From Candidatus Omnitrophota bacterium (GTDB taxonomy: Bacteria; Omnitrophota; Gorgyraeia; Zapsychrales; Zapsychraceae), in contig JANQMA010000001.1 of the NCBI GenBank assembly GCA_028280285.1, positions 7,184 through 71,183 of the forward strand: a stretch of 64,000 nt of DNA. Direction: 5' to 3'. The position numbers were made by a program, and so were the translations under genes. Of this stretch, positions 47,942 to 59,949 are shown one piece after another; position 1 is the first letter of the stretch, and every line of letters begins with the position of its first letter. The notes below the pieces were generated by a model. It was not told where the DNA came from. It saw only the letters and a list, made by a program, of their open reading frames with translations, and ran no database searches.

Positions 47942-48181
47942 TTAATCTTCTTGCGGTGCTTCTTCTTCCACATACATATGCTCTTCCGACTCCCTAGAAA
48001 CAACCTTGCCCTCATAAATCTCTTCCAATGCTTTGGTTGTCGCTTTTTCACTCAGCGGCACATCAACTAAGCATTTTTTGCCATCAGAAATTTCAAGCGC
48101 CCTTTTTGCGGCCATTCTCACAAGGCCATACACGCTCATATTTGCCTTTGGCAAAAGATCTTCTAAAACTTTATATTCCAT
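47942..48181 (-). CDS. rpoZ: DNA-directed RNA polymerase omega subunit
   Basis: 79 aa; RpoZ-like (YGLVRMAAKRALEI), in the conserved gmk-rpoZ-coaBC neighbourhood. Confidence 0.8.
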   Translation of the reverse strand: MEYKVLEDLLPKANMSVYGLVRMAAKRALEISDGKKCLVDVPLSEKATTKALEEIYEGKVVSRESEEHMYVEEEAPQED

Positions 48182-48307
48182 AATAATCTCCTATATATAT
48201 TAAATCCCTATTATATAAGTAAATATAATAGGGATGAATATACCACAGGGCCTAATTAATGTCAAAATAAACTTTTGGTCCCAAATGCCTCTTAAATATC
48301 GACTTAT

Positions 48308-48895
48308 CTATCCTTTCCCCCTCTGGTTTATCTCATTTTTGATGATTTTAACAAGGGCGCGGTAGGCGCGCTCAATCCTATCGTTGATAACGTTATACTC
48401 ATAGAATCCGGCCTCCTTCATTTCATCCTTCGCCGTCTTGAGCCTTAAACTGACTGTTTTCGCATCTTCCGAACCTCTTTGAATAAGACGTTTCTTAAGC
48501 TCAGCTAAACTTGGTGGCTTGACAAAAATCTTGATGCTTTGGGGTATTTTGCGGGCAACAACCTTGGCTCCTTTAACGTCTATACACAAAAGGACATTTT
48601 TCCCACTTTTAAGTATGTCTTTGACCGCTTTAAGTGGTGTTCCGTAATAGTTATCAAAAACCTTCATGTTTTCCAAAAAATGTCCGGCACGCTTTTTATA
48701 CACAAACATCTTTGGACTGACAAAAAAATAATCCCGCCCGTGGCGCTCTCCTTCTCGTTTGGGACGTGTCGTTACAGAAATCGATTTGACAATTTGTCCC
48801 TTTAAACCCTTATCCTTAAGCAAGCGTTTATAGAGCGTCGTCTTTCCCGAGCCCGACGGGCCGGAGATGATAAATACTTTTCCCTTCTTTCTCAT
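48308..48895 (-). CDS. gmk: guanylate kinase
   Basis: 195 aa; P-loop GPSGSGKTT. Confidence 0.93.
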   Translation of the reverse strand: MRKKGKVFIISGPSGSGKTTLYKRLLKDKGLKGQIVKSISVTTRPKREGERHGRDYFFVSPKMFVYKKRAGHFLENMKVFDNYYGTPLKAVKDILKSGKNVLLCIDVKGAKVVARKIPQSIKIFVKPPSLAELKKRLIQRGSEDAKTVSLRLKTAKDEMKEAGFYEYNVINDRIERAYRALVKIIKNEINQRGKG

Positions 48896-49716
48896 TATTC
48901 GATATTCTGTGCTTGCTCGCGGATTTTTTCGACTTTGCTTTTCATCGAAATAACAGCATTGGAAACAACTTTGTCCTGCAGTTTGGAGCCGATGGTATTG
49001 GTCTCCCTTTGCATTTCCTGAGCGATAAAATCTATGCGCTTGCCGACGGAGTTTGTGCTTTTTAAAAGTTTTTTGATTTCGGCTATATAATGGTTAAGGC
49101 GTGAGAGCTCTTCATTGATATCGTTGCTTCTTTGAAATGATTGAAATTCCTCATCGGAAAATTTTTTCTTCTTTTCCTTTAAAATAAATTTAGCGCGGGC
49201 ACTTATCTTTTTAGTGTTGACCGCCATTTGTTTAAGCTTCTCAGTAACATCCGTCGCCAAGCTTCTGCCTTCGCGTTTGCGCATATTAACTAATGTTATA
49301 ATTGTTTTTTTAAGTGCCTTTTCAATGTCAGGCCATAGTTTATCCGGGTTAATCATTGTTTCTTTCGCCTCCAAAACCCCGGGCAGGCGAATTAAGTCGG
49401 ATAAAGACAAATCATTTTTTAACTTAAATTCTTTTTTAAGGCTGTTGGCGTATCTTATATGTGCCTTAACAACACCTTTGTTAAGGGCAATGGTCTGCGC
49501 CGGCTTATCGATAATTCGTAGAGATACTGTTACACGCCCACGTTGCAGACTCTTTTGCAATACTTGACGCATTTTATTTTCGATTGAGTTGTAACCTATT
49601 GGTAAATAATAGTTTACATCGAGATAACGGTTATTGAGGCTTTTGATTTCAATCACAGCCTTAATGGCCCCGGATGTGAATTGCACGGCACCAAAACCGG
49701 TCATACCCTTAATCAT
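48895..49716 (-). CDS. yicC: YicC-family stress-induced protein
   Basis: Start set at MIKGMTGFG (the ATG overlaps the ndk stop as ATGA). The track ORF extends 26 codons further upstream into ndk. Confidence 0.7.
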   Translation of the reverse strand: MIKGMTGFGAVQFTSGAIKAVIEIKSLNNRYLDVNYYLPIGYNSIENKMRQVLQKSLQRGRVTVSLRIIDKPAQTIALNKGVVKAHIRYANSLKKEFKLKNDLSLSDLIRLPGVLEAKETMINPDKLWPDIEKALKKTIITLVNMRKREGRSLATDVTEKLKQMAVNTKKISARAKFILKEKKKKFSDEEFQSFQRSNDINEELSRLNHYIAEIKKLLKSTNSVGKRIDFIAQEMQRETNTIGSKLQDKVVSNAVISMKSKVEKIREQAQNIE

Positions 49717-50210
49717 ACCCACACGGTCCTTTCGGTTGCCGCGCGTGTATCCGTTGGATAAACGGACACGCTTACCTCTTCCGGAGAAAACCAAAGTTTG
49801 ATTTCACGCTCGGCTTCATCATCGTCAGATGATACATGTACAACATTTTCAAATAGCCCGTCAGTCCGTACGCGGCCAAACGCTCCGCGGATCGACCATG
49901 GATCCGCCTTTTCAGGATGTGTCGCTCCGGCAACACCACGGCACTTGGCAATCGCATCTTCCCCGTAATATATGACGGCTATCATATTTTTGTTTTGATG
50001 AAGCTTTCCGGTGAGATAATCAATCAGTTCGTTGAAGAAGTCTTTATCTTTGAGATGATTATAATGCTCACGGGCCAGTTCTTCGGTGGCGATAATAGAC
50101 TTCATTCCAATGATGTCTAGCTTTGTTTGGGCAAATTTGTCTAACACACTACTTAATAACCCGCGGGTCATCCCGTCGGGCTTTACAATAACTAACGCTG
50201 CTTGGTTCAT
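49713..50210 (-). CDS. ndk: nucleoside diphosphate kinase
   Basis: 165 aa; NDK active-site region (NVVHVSSD; H is the phospho-His). Confidence 0.88.
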   Translation of the reverse strand: MNQAALVIVKPDGMTRGLLSSVLDKFAQTKLDIIGMKSIIATEELAREHYNHLKDKDFFNELIDYLTGKLHQNKNMIAVIYYGEDAIAKCRGVAGATHPEKADPWSIRGAFGRVRTDGLFENVVHVSSDDDEAEREIKLWFSPEEVSVSVYPTDTRAATERTVWV

Positions 50211-51067
50211 TTTTTTATAATACCTATAATCCTATCTAAATCATCAAGGGAGTAATATTCTATGATGATTTTTCCCCTTTTTTTCTTAAACTCAACCCCA
50301 ACCTTTGTTCCTAGAACACCTTGCAACTCTTCTTCAAGCGCCTTGATTTCATGGGCGTTTTCCGGTGTCTTTTTCTTTTTCTTTGGAACATATTTTGTCT
50401 CTGTCCGAATCAAGCTTTCAAGCTCACGGACACTTAATTTTTTTTCAATGACAATACGATAAAACTGATCCCGTATATCGGGAGACTCAATGGACAATAA
50501 TGTCCGGGCATGCCCCATTGTCAACCTGCCCTTTGAAACACCATCCCGGATGGCCGGCGAAAGCTTAAGCAGCCGGACCATATTGGTAACCGTTGAGCGG
50601 TTTTTACCAACCGATTCGGCAATTTCTTCCTGCGTGTAGTCAAAATCCGTCAATAATGTCTGATAGGCCTCTGCCTCTTCAATAGGATCCAAATCTTCCC
50701 TTTGCAGGTTTTCAATTAAGGCAATAACAAGGGTCTGCTGGTCATTGAGCTCATGCTCAATGGCGGGAACCTCACGAAGACCGAGCTCTTGGGCTGCGCG
50801 CAGCCTCCTTTCGCCAGCTACGACTTCATAATGGTCATCTTTTTTGCGGACCAGAAGCGGCTGAAGAATTCCCTGGTCCTGAATGGATTTCTTCAGTTCC
50901 TCAAGCCTGGCAGGGTCATAATGCGTTCTTGGCTGCATGCTATTCTTCTGAATATCCATTGTTGAAATGTATATAACATTTGCCTTGGATTCAGCTCCTG
51001 CCTCTTTTAAATCTTTTTTAATCGGTATAAGCGCCGAAAGTCCTTTTCCTAATGCCTTGTTGTCCAT
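50207..51067 (-). CDS. parB: chromosome partitioning protein ParB/Spo0J
   Basis: 286 aa; ParB box (GERRLRAA) and HTH. Confidence 0.9.
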   Translation of the reverse strand: MDNKALGKGLSALIPIKKDLKEAGAESKANVIYISTMDIQKNSMQPRTHYDPARLEELKKSIQDQGILQPLLVRKKDDHYEVVAGERRLRAAQELGLREVPAIEHELNDQQTLVIALIENLQREDLDPIEEAEAYQTLLTDFDYTQEEIAESVGKNRSTVTNMVRLLKLSPAIRDGVSKGRLTMGHARTLLSIESPDIRDQFYRIVIEKKLSVRELESLIRTETKYVPKKKKKTPENAHEIKALEEELQGVLGTKVGVEFKKKRGKIIIEYYSLDDLDRIIGIIKK

Positions 51068-51106
51068 ATATTATGCCCCTTAAATGTTCATTAATTGAAC
51101 ATTAAA

Positions 51107-52033
51107 CTATTTCGCCTTCTCTTCTTTATTTACTTCAATATCCTGATCAGAAGAAACCATTTCTTCTTCTGCTGCCCTATCAACAATTGTTTCGCGATTG
51201 ATTTCTATTGGCGCCTCTTCGATAACTTCCTGCTCGATTTCTTCTAAGTTACTGATATAAAATGACTTATCTGATTTTTGATTGATAACCTCAAGCGCGA
51301 GCTCTTGATATTTCTTTGCCCCGATCGAATGAGGATCATACGCTGTAATTGGTTTCCCGTGGCTCGGCGCCTCACTCAAGCGGATATTGCGCGGGATGAT
51401 CGTATTGTAAACATCATCCTGAAAATAATTCTTTATCTCATCAATGACCTCCGAGGTAAGATTGGTGCGGAAGTCTGCCATGGTCATCAACACCCCTTCT
51501 ATCTCAAGGCCGGGGTTTAGATTCTCCTTAACCAGATTAAGCGTATTCATCAACTGGGATACCCCCTCAAGCGCATAGAATTCACATTGGATAGGAATAA
51601 TAATTGAATCGCTGGCAACAAGCGCATTAAGAGTAATCAATCCCAGCGACGGCGGAGAATCGATCAAGACAAAATCATAATTAGGTAATACTGTCTCGAT
51701 CCCCTTCTTTAAGCGCAGCTCTCTGGACATAACCCCAACCAACTCGATTTCGGCGCCGGTGAGGTTTATATTACATGGAATGATGTCTAGATTTTCAAAC
51801 TGGGTTTGGATAATGATATTTTCAGGAGAAATAGAATTGACGAGGAGATCATAAACCGAATGCTCAAGCTCACTTTTATTGACCCCTACCCCACTTGTTG
51901 CGTTTCCTTGGGGATCAACATCAACAATAAGGACCTTTTTCCCTTGCTGAGCAAGTGCTGCGGAGAGATTGACCGTAGTAGTGGTCTTCCCTGTTCCGCC
52001 CTTCTGATTAGCTACAATAATAACCTTGGCCAT
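51107..52033 (-). CDS. parA: chromosome partitioning ATPase ParA/Soj
   Basis: 308 aa; deviant Walker A KGGTGKTT; acidic C-terminal extension. Confidence 0.9.
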   Translation of the reverse strand: MAKVIIVANQKGGTGKTTTTVNLSAALAQQGKKVLIVDVDPQGNATSGVGVNKSELEHSVYDLLVNSISPENIIIQTQFENLDIIPCNINLTGAEIELVGVMSRELRLKKGIETVLPNYDFVLIDSPPSLGLITLNALVASDSIIIPIQCEFYALEGVSQLMNTLNLVKENLNPGLEIEGVLMTMADFRTNLTSEVIDEIKNYFQDDVYNTIIPRNIRLSEAPSHGKPITAYDPHSIGAKKYQELALEVINQKSDKSFYISNLEEIEQEVIEEAPIEINRETIVDRAAEEEMVSSDQDIEVNKEEKAK

Positions 52034-52053
52034 AAGAAAACTAACTTATCTCG

Positions 52054-52069
52054 TGTTCCACGTGAAACA
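52054..52069. promoter_or_regulatory. parS: parS site 1 (TGTTCCACGTGAAACA)
   Basis: 16-bp palindrome, 1 mismatch from the parS consensus TGTTTCACGTGAAACA, 21 bp upstream of the parA start. Confidence 0.75.
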
Positions 52070-52084
52070 TTTTTTGGCTTGAAA

Positions 52085-52100
52085 CGTTTCACGTGGAACA
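52085..52100. promoter_or_regulatory. parS: parS site 2 (CGTTTCACGTGGAACA)
   Basis: Second parS-like palindrome, 2 mismatches from consensus, 15 bp from site 1 in inverted arrangement. Confidence 0.7.
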
Positions 52101-52151
52101 TTGTTCTATATTCTTATTTTGCACCAAAAATGAAAAAAATCAAGTGATTTT

Positions 52152-52340
52152 TTACTTAACAAAGACCTTTATTTTGGCTGGCTTTGCCCCTTCCATCCCA
52201 AATAGGCCTTTTTTCTCCTCACACACAACCTTAACCTCGATTTTATCACGAGAAACGCCCAACTCTTCCATAGCCTTTTGTATGGCTTCTTCGACCGTGG
52301 CCCCTTCGACTTCAATAGATTTTTGTGGATTTTCGTTCAT
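52152..52340 (-). CDS. jag: Jag/KhpB N-terminal domain-only protein
   Basis: Start set at MNENPQKSIEVEGATVEEAIQKAMEELGV (Jag_N), overlapping the yidC stop by 1 nt. No KH or R3H domains follow; only 118 bp of intergenic DNA remain downstream. Confidence 0.6.
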   Translation of the reverse strand: MNENPQKSIEVEGATVEEAIQKAMEELGVSRDKIEVKVVCEEKKGLFGMEGAKPAKIKVFVK

Positions 52341-54004
52341 TAGCCCACCTTTATCTCTTTTGACATTTTCCACTGAGTTATTGTGGAAAAAATGTAATAC
52401 ATCGTAAAATATAGTGTCAGCCCGCTAGAAAATTTATAGAATATAAAGCCCAGCACAAACGGCATCATTACGCTCATCATCTTCTGCTGCTGAAGCTGTA
52501 TAGGATCTGTCGTGACCATTGCTTTTGTCGAAAATTTCTGCTGGAAATACATAATAATTATCATTAGAATCGGCAAAAGATTGAATTCATTGCCTATAAT
52601 CGGAATGCTGAATGGCATTATAAATAATCGGTCGGGCTCTGTTAAGTCGTTGATCCACAAGAACTTTGAACCCTTAAAAGCAACTGAGCGCCATAAAACC
52701 TGATATAAACCAAGAAATATTGGCGCTTGTAGAAGTACTGGCAGACACCCTCCTGCCGGATTTATCTTCTCCTTTTTATATATTTCCATCATTTCCGCAT
52801 TCATTTTCTGCGGATTATCCTTATATTTCTCCTTCAGAGCATTGATTTTAGGCCCTACCGCCTGCATTTTCCGCATAGACAGCATACTCTTCTTTGTCAG
52901 CGGATACATAGAGAAATACACCAAAACGCTTAATATGACAATACAGGCCCCCCAATTAGGGACAATTTTGTATAAAAGATGCATTATTTGGTTGATAAGC
53001 TTCCCGGCAAAGTCAAAAAGCCCGAAACGGTAATATTTCTTGATTTTTTCGAATCCCAGTCCTATGGGTTTCAGTTTGGACATTTCCTCCGGTCCTATAT
53101 AGACTGTAGTGGTATATTCACTATAGCTTCCGGCTGGAATTTCAACCTCCTGTGAAAATAGCTTAATGCCCATGCGCTGGGATTTCATTTTTGAGCCGAA
53201 AAACCCCTTTTCTTCGGTCATATAGACACTACTCAAGTCAGGTTTAATGGCAAATCCAGCGGTTTCAAACTCAGGCTTCACGATAGCGCAGAAATAGCGA
53301 TCTCTGTAGGCCGCCCAATCGACCCCCTTTTCCTCTCTTATTGCTTCCTCGTCGTCAAATGAATAGGCCTTTGCCTTTCTGTGAGTCTTCTTGCCATATT
53401 TTACAGCATATTCATTAAGAGTTTTATCCCTTTGGGCCGCCATATCGCTTTCATCAATGTCCATTCTGGAAGAGTCGATAATATAGGCAAAAAATTCCGG
53501 CGCAATCAGTTTGGACATTTCTGATTTATTGAAAATCCGTGTGGTTGTGTTAAGTATATATCCGCCGCCATTAAGTTTATATGATTGAATGACCTTAAAG
53601 GCTTCATCGTCATATTCAAACGTTGCAGAATTTCCACTCATCTGAGTGGACACAAATGGCTTGTTTGAAAAAAGCTTTGGAATGCCTATATTGGCAATTG
53701 GGAGTGTTGCTTGATATTCTGTAATAAAGACTTCTTTGACGGCAGCGCCTCTATCTGTTAAAACAAGCTTGAGCTCATCAGACTCAAGGGTATACTCTTG
53801 CGCCTCAACTACGGGCTCTTTGGGGGAAACAGCAAGAATATCAGAAGAGGGAGGGACATCCTTGACTGGGGCATCTACAACCTGTTCTTTATCAGAAGTT
53901 TGTGTATAGTTGGTGTTTGGCTCCGGTGCTTTTTGGGTCAGAAGCCCCCAGAAATAAAGCACACCAAAAGACAAGACCACAGCCAGAATGAAACGTTTTT
54001 CCAT
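52340..54004 (-). CDS. yidC: membrane protein insertase YidC
   Basis: 554 aa; N-terminal TM and periplasmic domain, conserved C-terminal 5-TM core. Confidence 0.9.
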   Translation of the reverse strand: MEKRFILAVVLSFGVLYFWGLLTQKAPEPNTNYTQTSDKEQVVDAPVKDVPPSSDILAVSPKEPVVEAQEYTLESDELKLVLTDRGAAVKEVFITEYQATLPIANIGIPKLFSNKPFVSTQMSGNSATFEYDDEAFKVIQSYKLNGGGYILNTTTRIFNKSEMSKLIAPEFFAYIIDSSRMDIDESDMAAQRDKTLNEYAVKYGKKTHRKAKAYSFDDEEAIREEKGVDWAAYRDRYFCAIVKPEFETAGFAIKPDLSSVYMTEEKGFFGSKMKSQRMGIKLFSQEVEIPAGSYSEYTTTVYIGPEEMSKLKPIGLGFEKIKKYYRFGLFDFAGKLINQIMHLLYKIVPNWGACIVILSVLVYFSMYPLTKKSMLSMRKMQAVGPKINALKEKYKDNPQKMNAEMMEIYKKEKINPAGGCLPVLLQAPIFLGLYQVLWRSVAFKGSKFLWINDLTEPDRLFIMPFSIPIIGNEFNLLPILMIIIMYFQQKFSTKAMVTTDPIQLQQQKMMSVMMPFVLGFIFYKFSSGLTLYFTMYYIFSTITQWKMSKEIKVG

Positions 54005-54072
54005 ATGAAGAAACCTCGCCCCAAAAACACTTAAGTGCTTTTAAGACAAGGATATTGAACCGTAAAATTCGC

Positions 54073-54210
54073 TTATTTAGTTAATTGTTTGCGCCCTTTT
54101 CTTCGTCGACGATTGATAATATCCCGCCCTGACGAAGTCTCCATGCGCTTGCGAAAACCGTGCGTTCGTTTACCTTTAAGGATTGTAGGTGTTTTAAGAT
54201 TCTTTTTCAT
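54073..54210 (-). CDS. rpmH: 50S ribosomal protein L34
   Basis: 45-aa [48 protein letters not shown]; not in the ORF track (under 60 aa). No rnpA or yidD lies between it and yidC. Confidence 0.85.
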   Translation of the reverse strand: MKKNLKTPTILKGKRTHGFRKRMETSSGRDIINRRRRKGRKQLTK

Positions 54211-54513
54211 AATTCGCAGATTATAACATACAAAATAACATAGTCAAGGTATTATAATAACCACCTTATTTAAGAAGGGGGGTAGTGAAAGGCCTTTATT
54301 TTTAACAATTTACAGACCTGTGGAAAAATAGATTTGAAATAAAAAATTTCTTTGTTATAATGTTCCAACCTTTTAGAAGGGGCGGTCTTTCAAAAACAGC
54401 AAGAACCAATCAACTTATTCACACCTGTGGAAAACTTGTTGATTTTATTTTAATAAAACCTTAAATTGTTTAATTTCAATTATTTAGGAAAGCAATAGAT
54501 ATTAACAATTCAA
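54211..54513. other. oriC: candidate oriC (rpmH-dnaA intergenic): DnaA-box-like sites plus AT-rich unwinding region at the strand-bias switch
   Basis: TGTGGAAAA at 54319..54327 and 54426..54434 (within the repeated ACCTGTGGAAAA), and TTATTCACA at 54415..54423 head-to-head with the second. Stretch 54438..54490 is above 85% AT. Genes left are on the minus strand, genes right on the plus strand. Confidence 0.6.
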
Positions 54514-55851
54514 ATGAACCTCACAACCGCCTGGGACAAAGCACAAAATGACATACGCAGCAAAATAGGGGACACCTCCTATGACACCTGGTTTTCACCA
54601 CTGCAGGTCAAAGAAAAACCCCCGGAAACCCTTCTGATCGAAACCCCGGATGACTTTTTTAAAAACTGGATTATTGAGCATTATTGCGACTATATCCAAA
54701 ATATTGTTAATGAGCACGCTCAAAAATCTATCCGCGTCGAATATTCTGTCAACACAAACATGATTCAGCAAGAGGAGGCAAGCCCGGCGTACGATATCGT
54801 GGGGGGTAACATTGTCGAGAAGCACGTCAATAAAATCAATCTTAATGCTTGTTTTACATTTGATAATTTCGTTATCGGCCCGTCTAACCGTTTCGCTTGC
54901 GCAGCGTCACTTGCCGTCGCTGAAGCCCCAGCGAAAGCCTATAATCCGCTTTTTATTTATGGGCAAGTTGGTCTAGGCAAAACCCATTTGATTCAATCAA
55001 TCACTCACAAAATACAAGAGCTTAATCCGCAATTGAGCGTCTGCTATATGTCGTCGGAAAAATTCACAAACGAACTTATCGATGCTATTCGCCACAAATC
55101 AACAACCGAATTCCGCAAAAAGTATAGAAACATTGACGTTCTTTTGATTGACGATATTCAATTCATTGCCGGAAAAGAATCAACCCAGGAAGAATTTTTC
55201 CACACATTTAACAACCTGCACGACAACAGAAAACAAATTATTATCACATCCGACCGCCCACCAAACGAAATTGCGAAACTGGAAGAGAGGCTGCGTTCCC
55301 GGTTTGCTTGGGGCCTTATCACAGACATTCAACCACCGGACTTTGAGACGCGTGTGGCAATTCTTAAGAAAAAGATGGAAAATGAGTCGGTAAATATTCC
55401 TGATGAGGTTGTTTTGTTTATTGCGGAGCAAATTAAGACAAATATCCGGGAGTTGGAGGGGGCACTTATCCGTGTTGCCGCCTACTCAATGCTTGAGGAT
55501 AACCCTGTAACCCTTGATATGGCCAAAATCATCTTAAAAGATATGGTCAAGGCATCCGCTAAAACTATTAGTGTTGAAATGGTTCAAAAAACGGTAGCTG
55601 AATTTTATAATCTATCTGTTTCAGACCTCCAGGGTAAAAAAAGGCTTAAAAATATTGTCACCGCGCGCCAGGTTGCTATGTACTTATCGCGTCAACTAAC
55701 CCATATGTCGCTGCCTGAGGTAGGAAACGCGTTTGGGGGTAAAGATCATACAACTGTTCTTCATTCCTGTAAAAAAGTTGAGGCAGAACTAAACACAAAC
55801 AATGACATAAAAAACGCAATATATGAATTATCCACAAAATTAAAGTGTTAA
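54514..55851 (+). CDS. dnaA: chromosomal replication initiator DnaA
   Basis: 445 aa; AAA+ Walker A GQVGLGKTHL; C-terminal DNA-binding domain. Confidence 0.95.
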   Translation: MNLTTAWDKAQNDIRSKIGDTSYDTWFSPLQVKEKPPETLLIETPDDFFKNWIIEHYCDYIQNIVNEHAQKSIRVEYSVNTNMIQQEEASPAYDIVGGNIVEKHVNKINLNACFTFDNFVIGPSNRFACAASLAVAEAPAKAYNPLFIYGQVGLGKTHLIQSITHKIQELNPQLSVCYMSSEKFTNELIDAIRHKSTTEFRKKYRNIDVLLIDDIQFIAGKESTQEEFFHTFNNLHDNRKQIIITSDRPPNEIAKLEERLRSRFAWGLITDIQPPDFETRVAILKKKMENESVNIPDEVVLFIAEQIKTNIRELEGALIRVAAYSMLEDNPVTLDMAKIILKDMVKASAKTISVEMVQKTVAEFYNLSVSDLQGKKRLKNIVTARQVAMYLSRQLTHMSLPEVGNAFGGKDHTTVLHSCKKVEAELNTNNDIKNAIYELSTKLKC

Positions 55852-55940
55852 TTCATTATATATTCACTTGTTATCAACAGGTTATTTTTACGTAAGTTAT
55901 TTAATAATTTAAAGTTAAAACGTTATTCAAATTATCCACA
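55828..55940. promoter_or_regulatory. perfect DnaA boxes (TTATCCACA) in the dnaA 3' end and dnaA-dnaN spacer, with an AT-rich tract
   Basis: TTATCCACA at 55828..55836 and 55932..55940; TTATCAACA at 55871..55879; AT-rich stretch 55882..55930. Confidence 0.6.
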
Positions 55941-55998
55941 AACACTATTAATACGACTACTAGTTAACTAAATATAAAGTATACAGGAGTGTGAATAA

Positions 55999-57087
55999 AT
56001 GAAAATTAAGATATCTAAAGAAGATTTGTTTACAAATATACAAACCGTACAGAATATTGTATCCCCAAAAGCAACATTACCTATTCTATCTAATATACTT
56101 GTTGAAGCAAAGAACGATAAAATCAAACTTAATGCAACTGATTTAGATATCGGTATATCCTGTGAATTACCTGTGAAAACTGTTGAAGAAGGGGCAATAA
56201 CTATTCCCGCTAAACGATTTAGCGATATAGTTAAAGAGTTGCCATCTGGGGATATCACAATCCACGCAAAGAAGAACAACCAAATCGATATAGAAGGAAC
56301 TCAATGCCGTTTTAAACTTATCGGTCTTCCTAAAGATGAATTCCCTAAATTCCCGGAATTTAATCAAAAAGATATTGTTAAGATCGATCAAAAAACATTT
56401 AAAAACATGCTCAAATTAACAGCGTTTGCTGTATCACATGAGGAATCACGGTATGTCCTAAACGGGGTCTTAATGGAGGTTGAAGAAGGGATTATACGCC
56501 TGGTCGCCACAGACGGCCGCAGGCTCGCCAAAACAGAAAACAGTATCAACTCCTCTGTGAAGAAAGATTTTAGTGTAATCCTCCCAACCAAAGCAATCCA
56601 AGAAATCAGCCGTAACCTTGAGGATGAAGGAGAGCTCTCCATTATTATCAATACAAATCAGGTTTTATTTAATGTGAACGATGTTCTTATTGCCACACGT
56701 GTGATTGAAGGAGAGTTTCCAAACTATAATCAAGTCATCCCAAAAGAAACCAGTAATAAAATCAAGATAAACACAAAAGAATTTTTGGCAGCCATTAGAA
56801 GAGCTAATCTCCTCACAACACCTGATTTTCAAGCAATTAAACTGGAAGTGTTTAAAGAAAAAGTTGTAATATCTAAAACAACACCAGATATTGGAGAATC
56901 AAGAGAAGAAGTTTTTGTTGATTATAATAAAGATGAACTAGTGGTAGGATTTAACCCACATTTTTTAATCGATTTTCTCAAAAACATCGATGACGAGTTT
57001 ATTAATTTAGAATTACTGGGGGTTGATAAACCAGCTGTTATACGGATGGAGGGGTATTTATACCTCGCACTACCTATGCGGATTTAA
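55999..57087 (+). CDS. dnaN: DNA polymerase III beta sliding clamp
   Basis: 362 aa; DnaN three-domain fold; SD AGGAGT upstream. Confidence 0.93.
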   Translation: MKIKISKEDLFTNIQTVQNIVSPKATLPILSNILVEAKNDKIKLNATDLDIGISCELPVKTVEEGAITIPAKRFSDIVKELPSGDITIHAKKNNQIDIEGTQCRFKLIGLPKDEFPKFPEFNQKDIVKIDQKTFKNMLKLTAFAVSHEESRYVLNGVLMEVEEGIIRLVATDGRRLAKTENSINSSVKKDFSVILPTKAIQEISRNLEDEGELSIIINTNQVLFNVNDVLIATRVIEGEFPNYNQVIPKETSNKIKINTKEFLAAIRRANLLTTPDFQAIKLEVFKEKVVISKTTPDIGESREEVFVDYNKDELVVGFNPHFLIDFLKNIDDEFINLELLGVDKPAVIRMEGYLYLALPMRI

Positions 57088-57124
57088 AAAGAATAAAATA
57101 TTTTATAGAATATAAATTCGGTTT

Positions 57125-59928
<2,804 letters not shown>

Positions 59929-59949
59929 GATGTTTTAGAAAGGAAACAC

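Noticed and set aside
55968-56651. Minus-strand ORFs antisense to dnaN
   Set aside because: Shadow ORFs in an AT-rich, highly conserved dnaN coding region.
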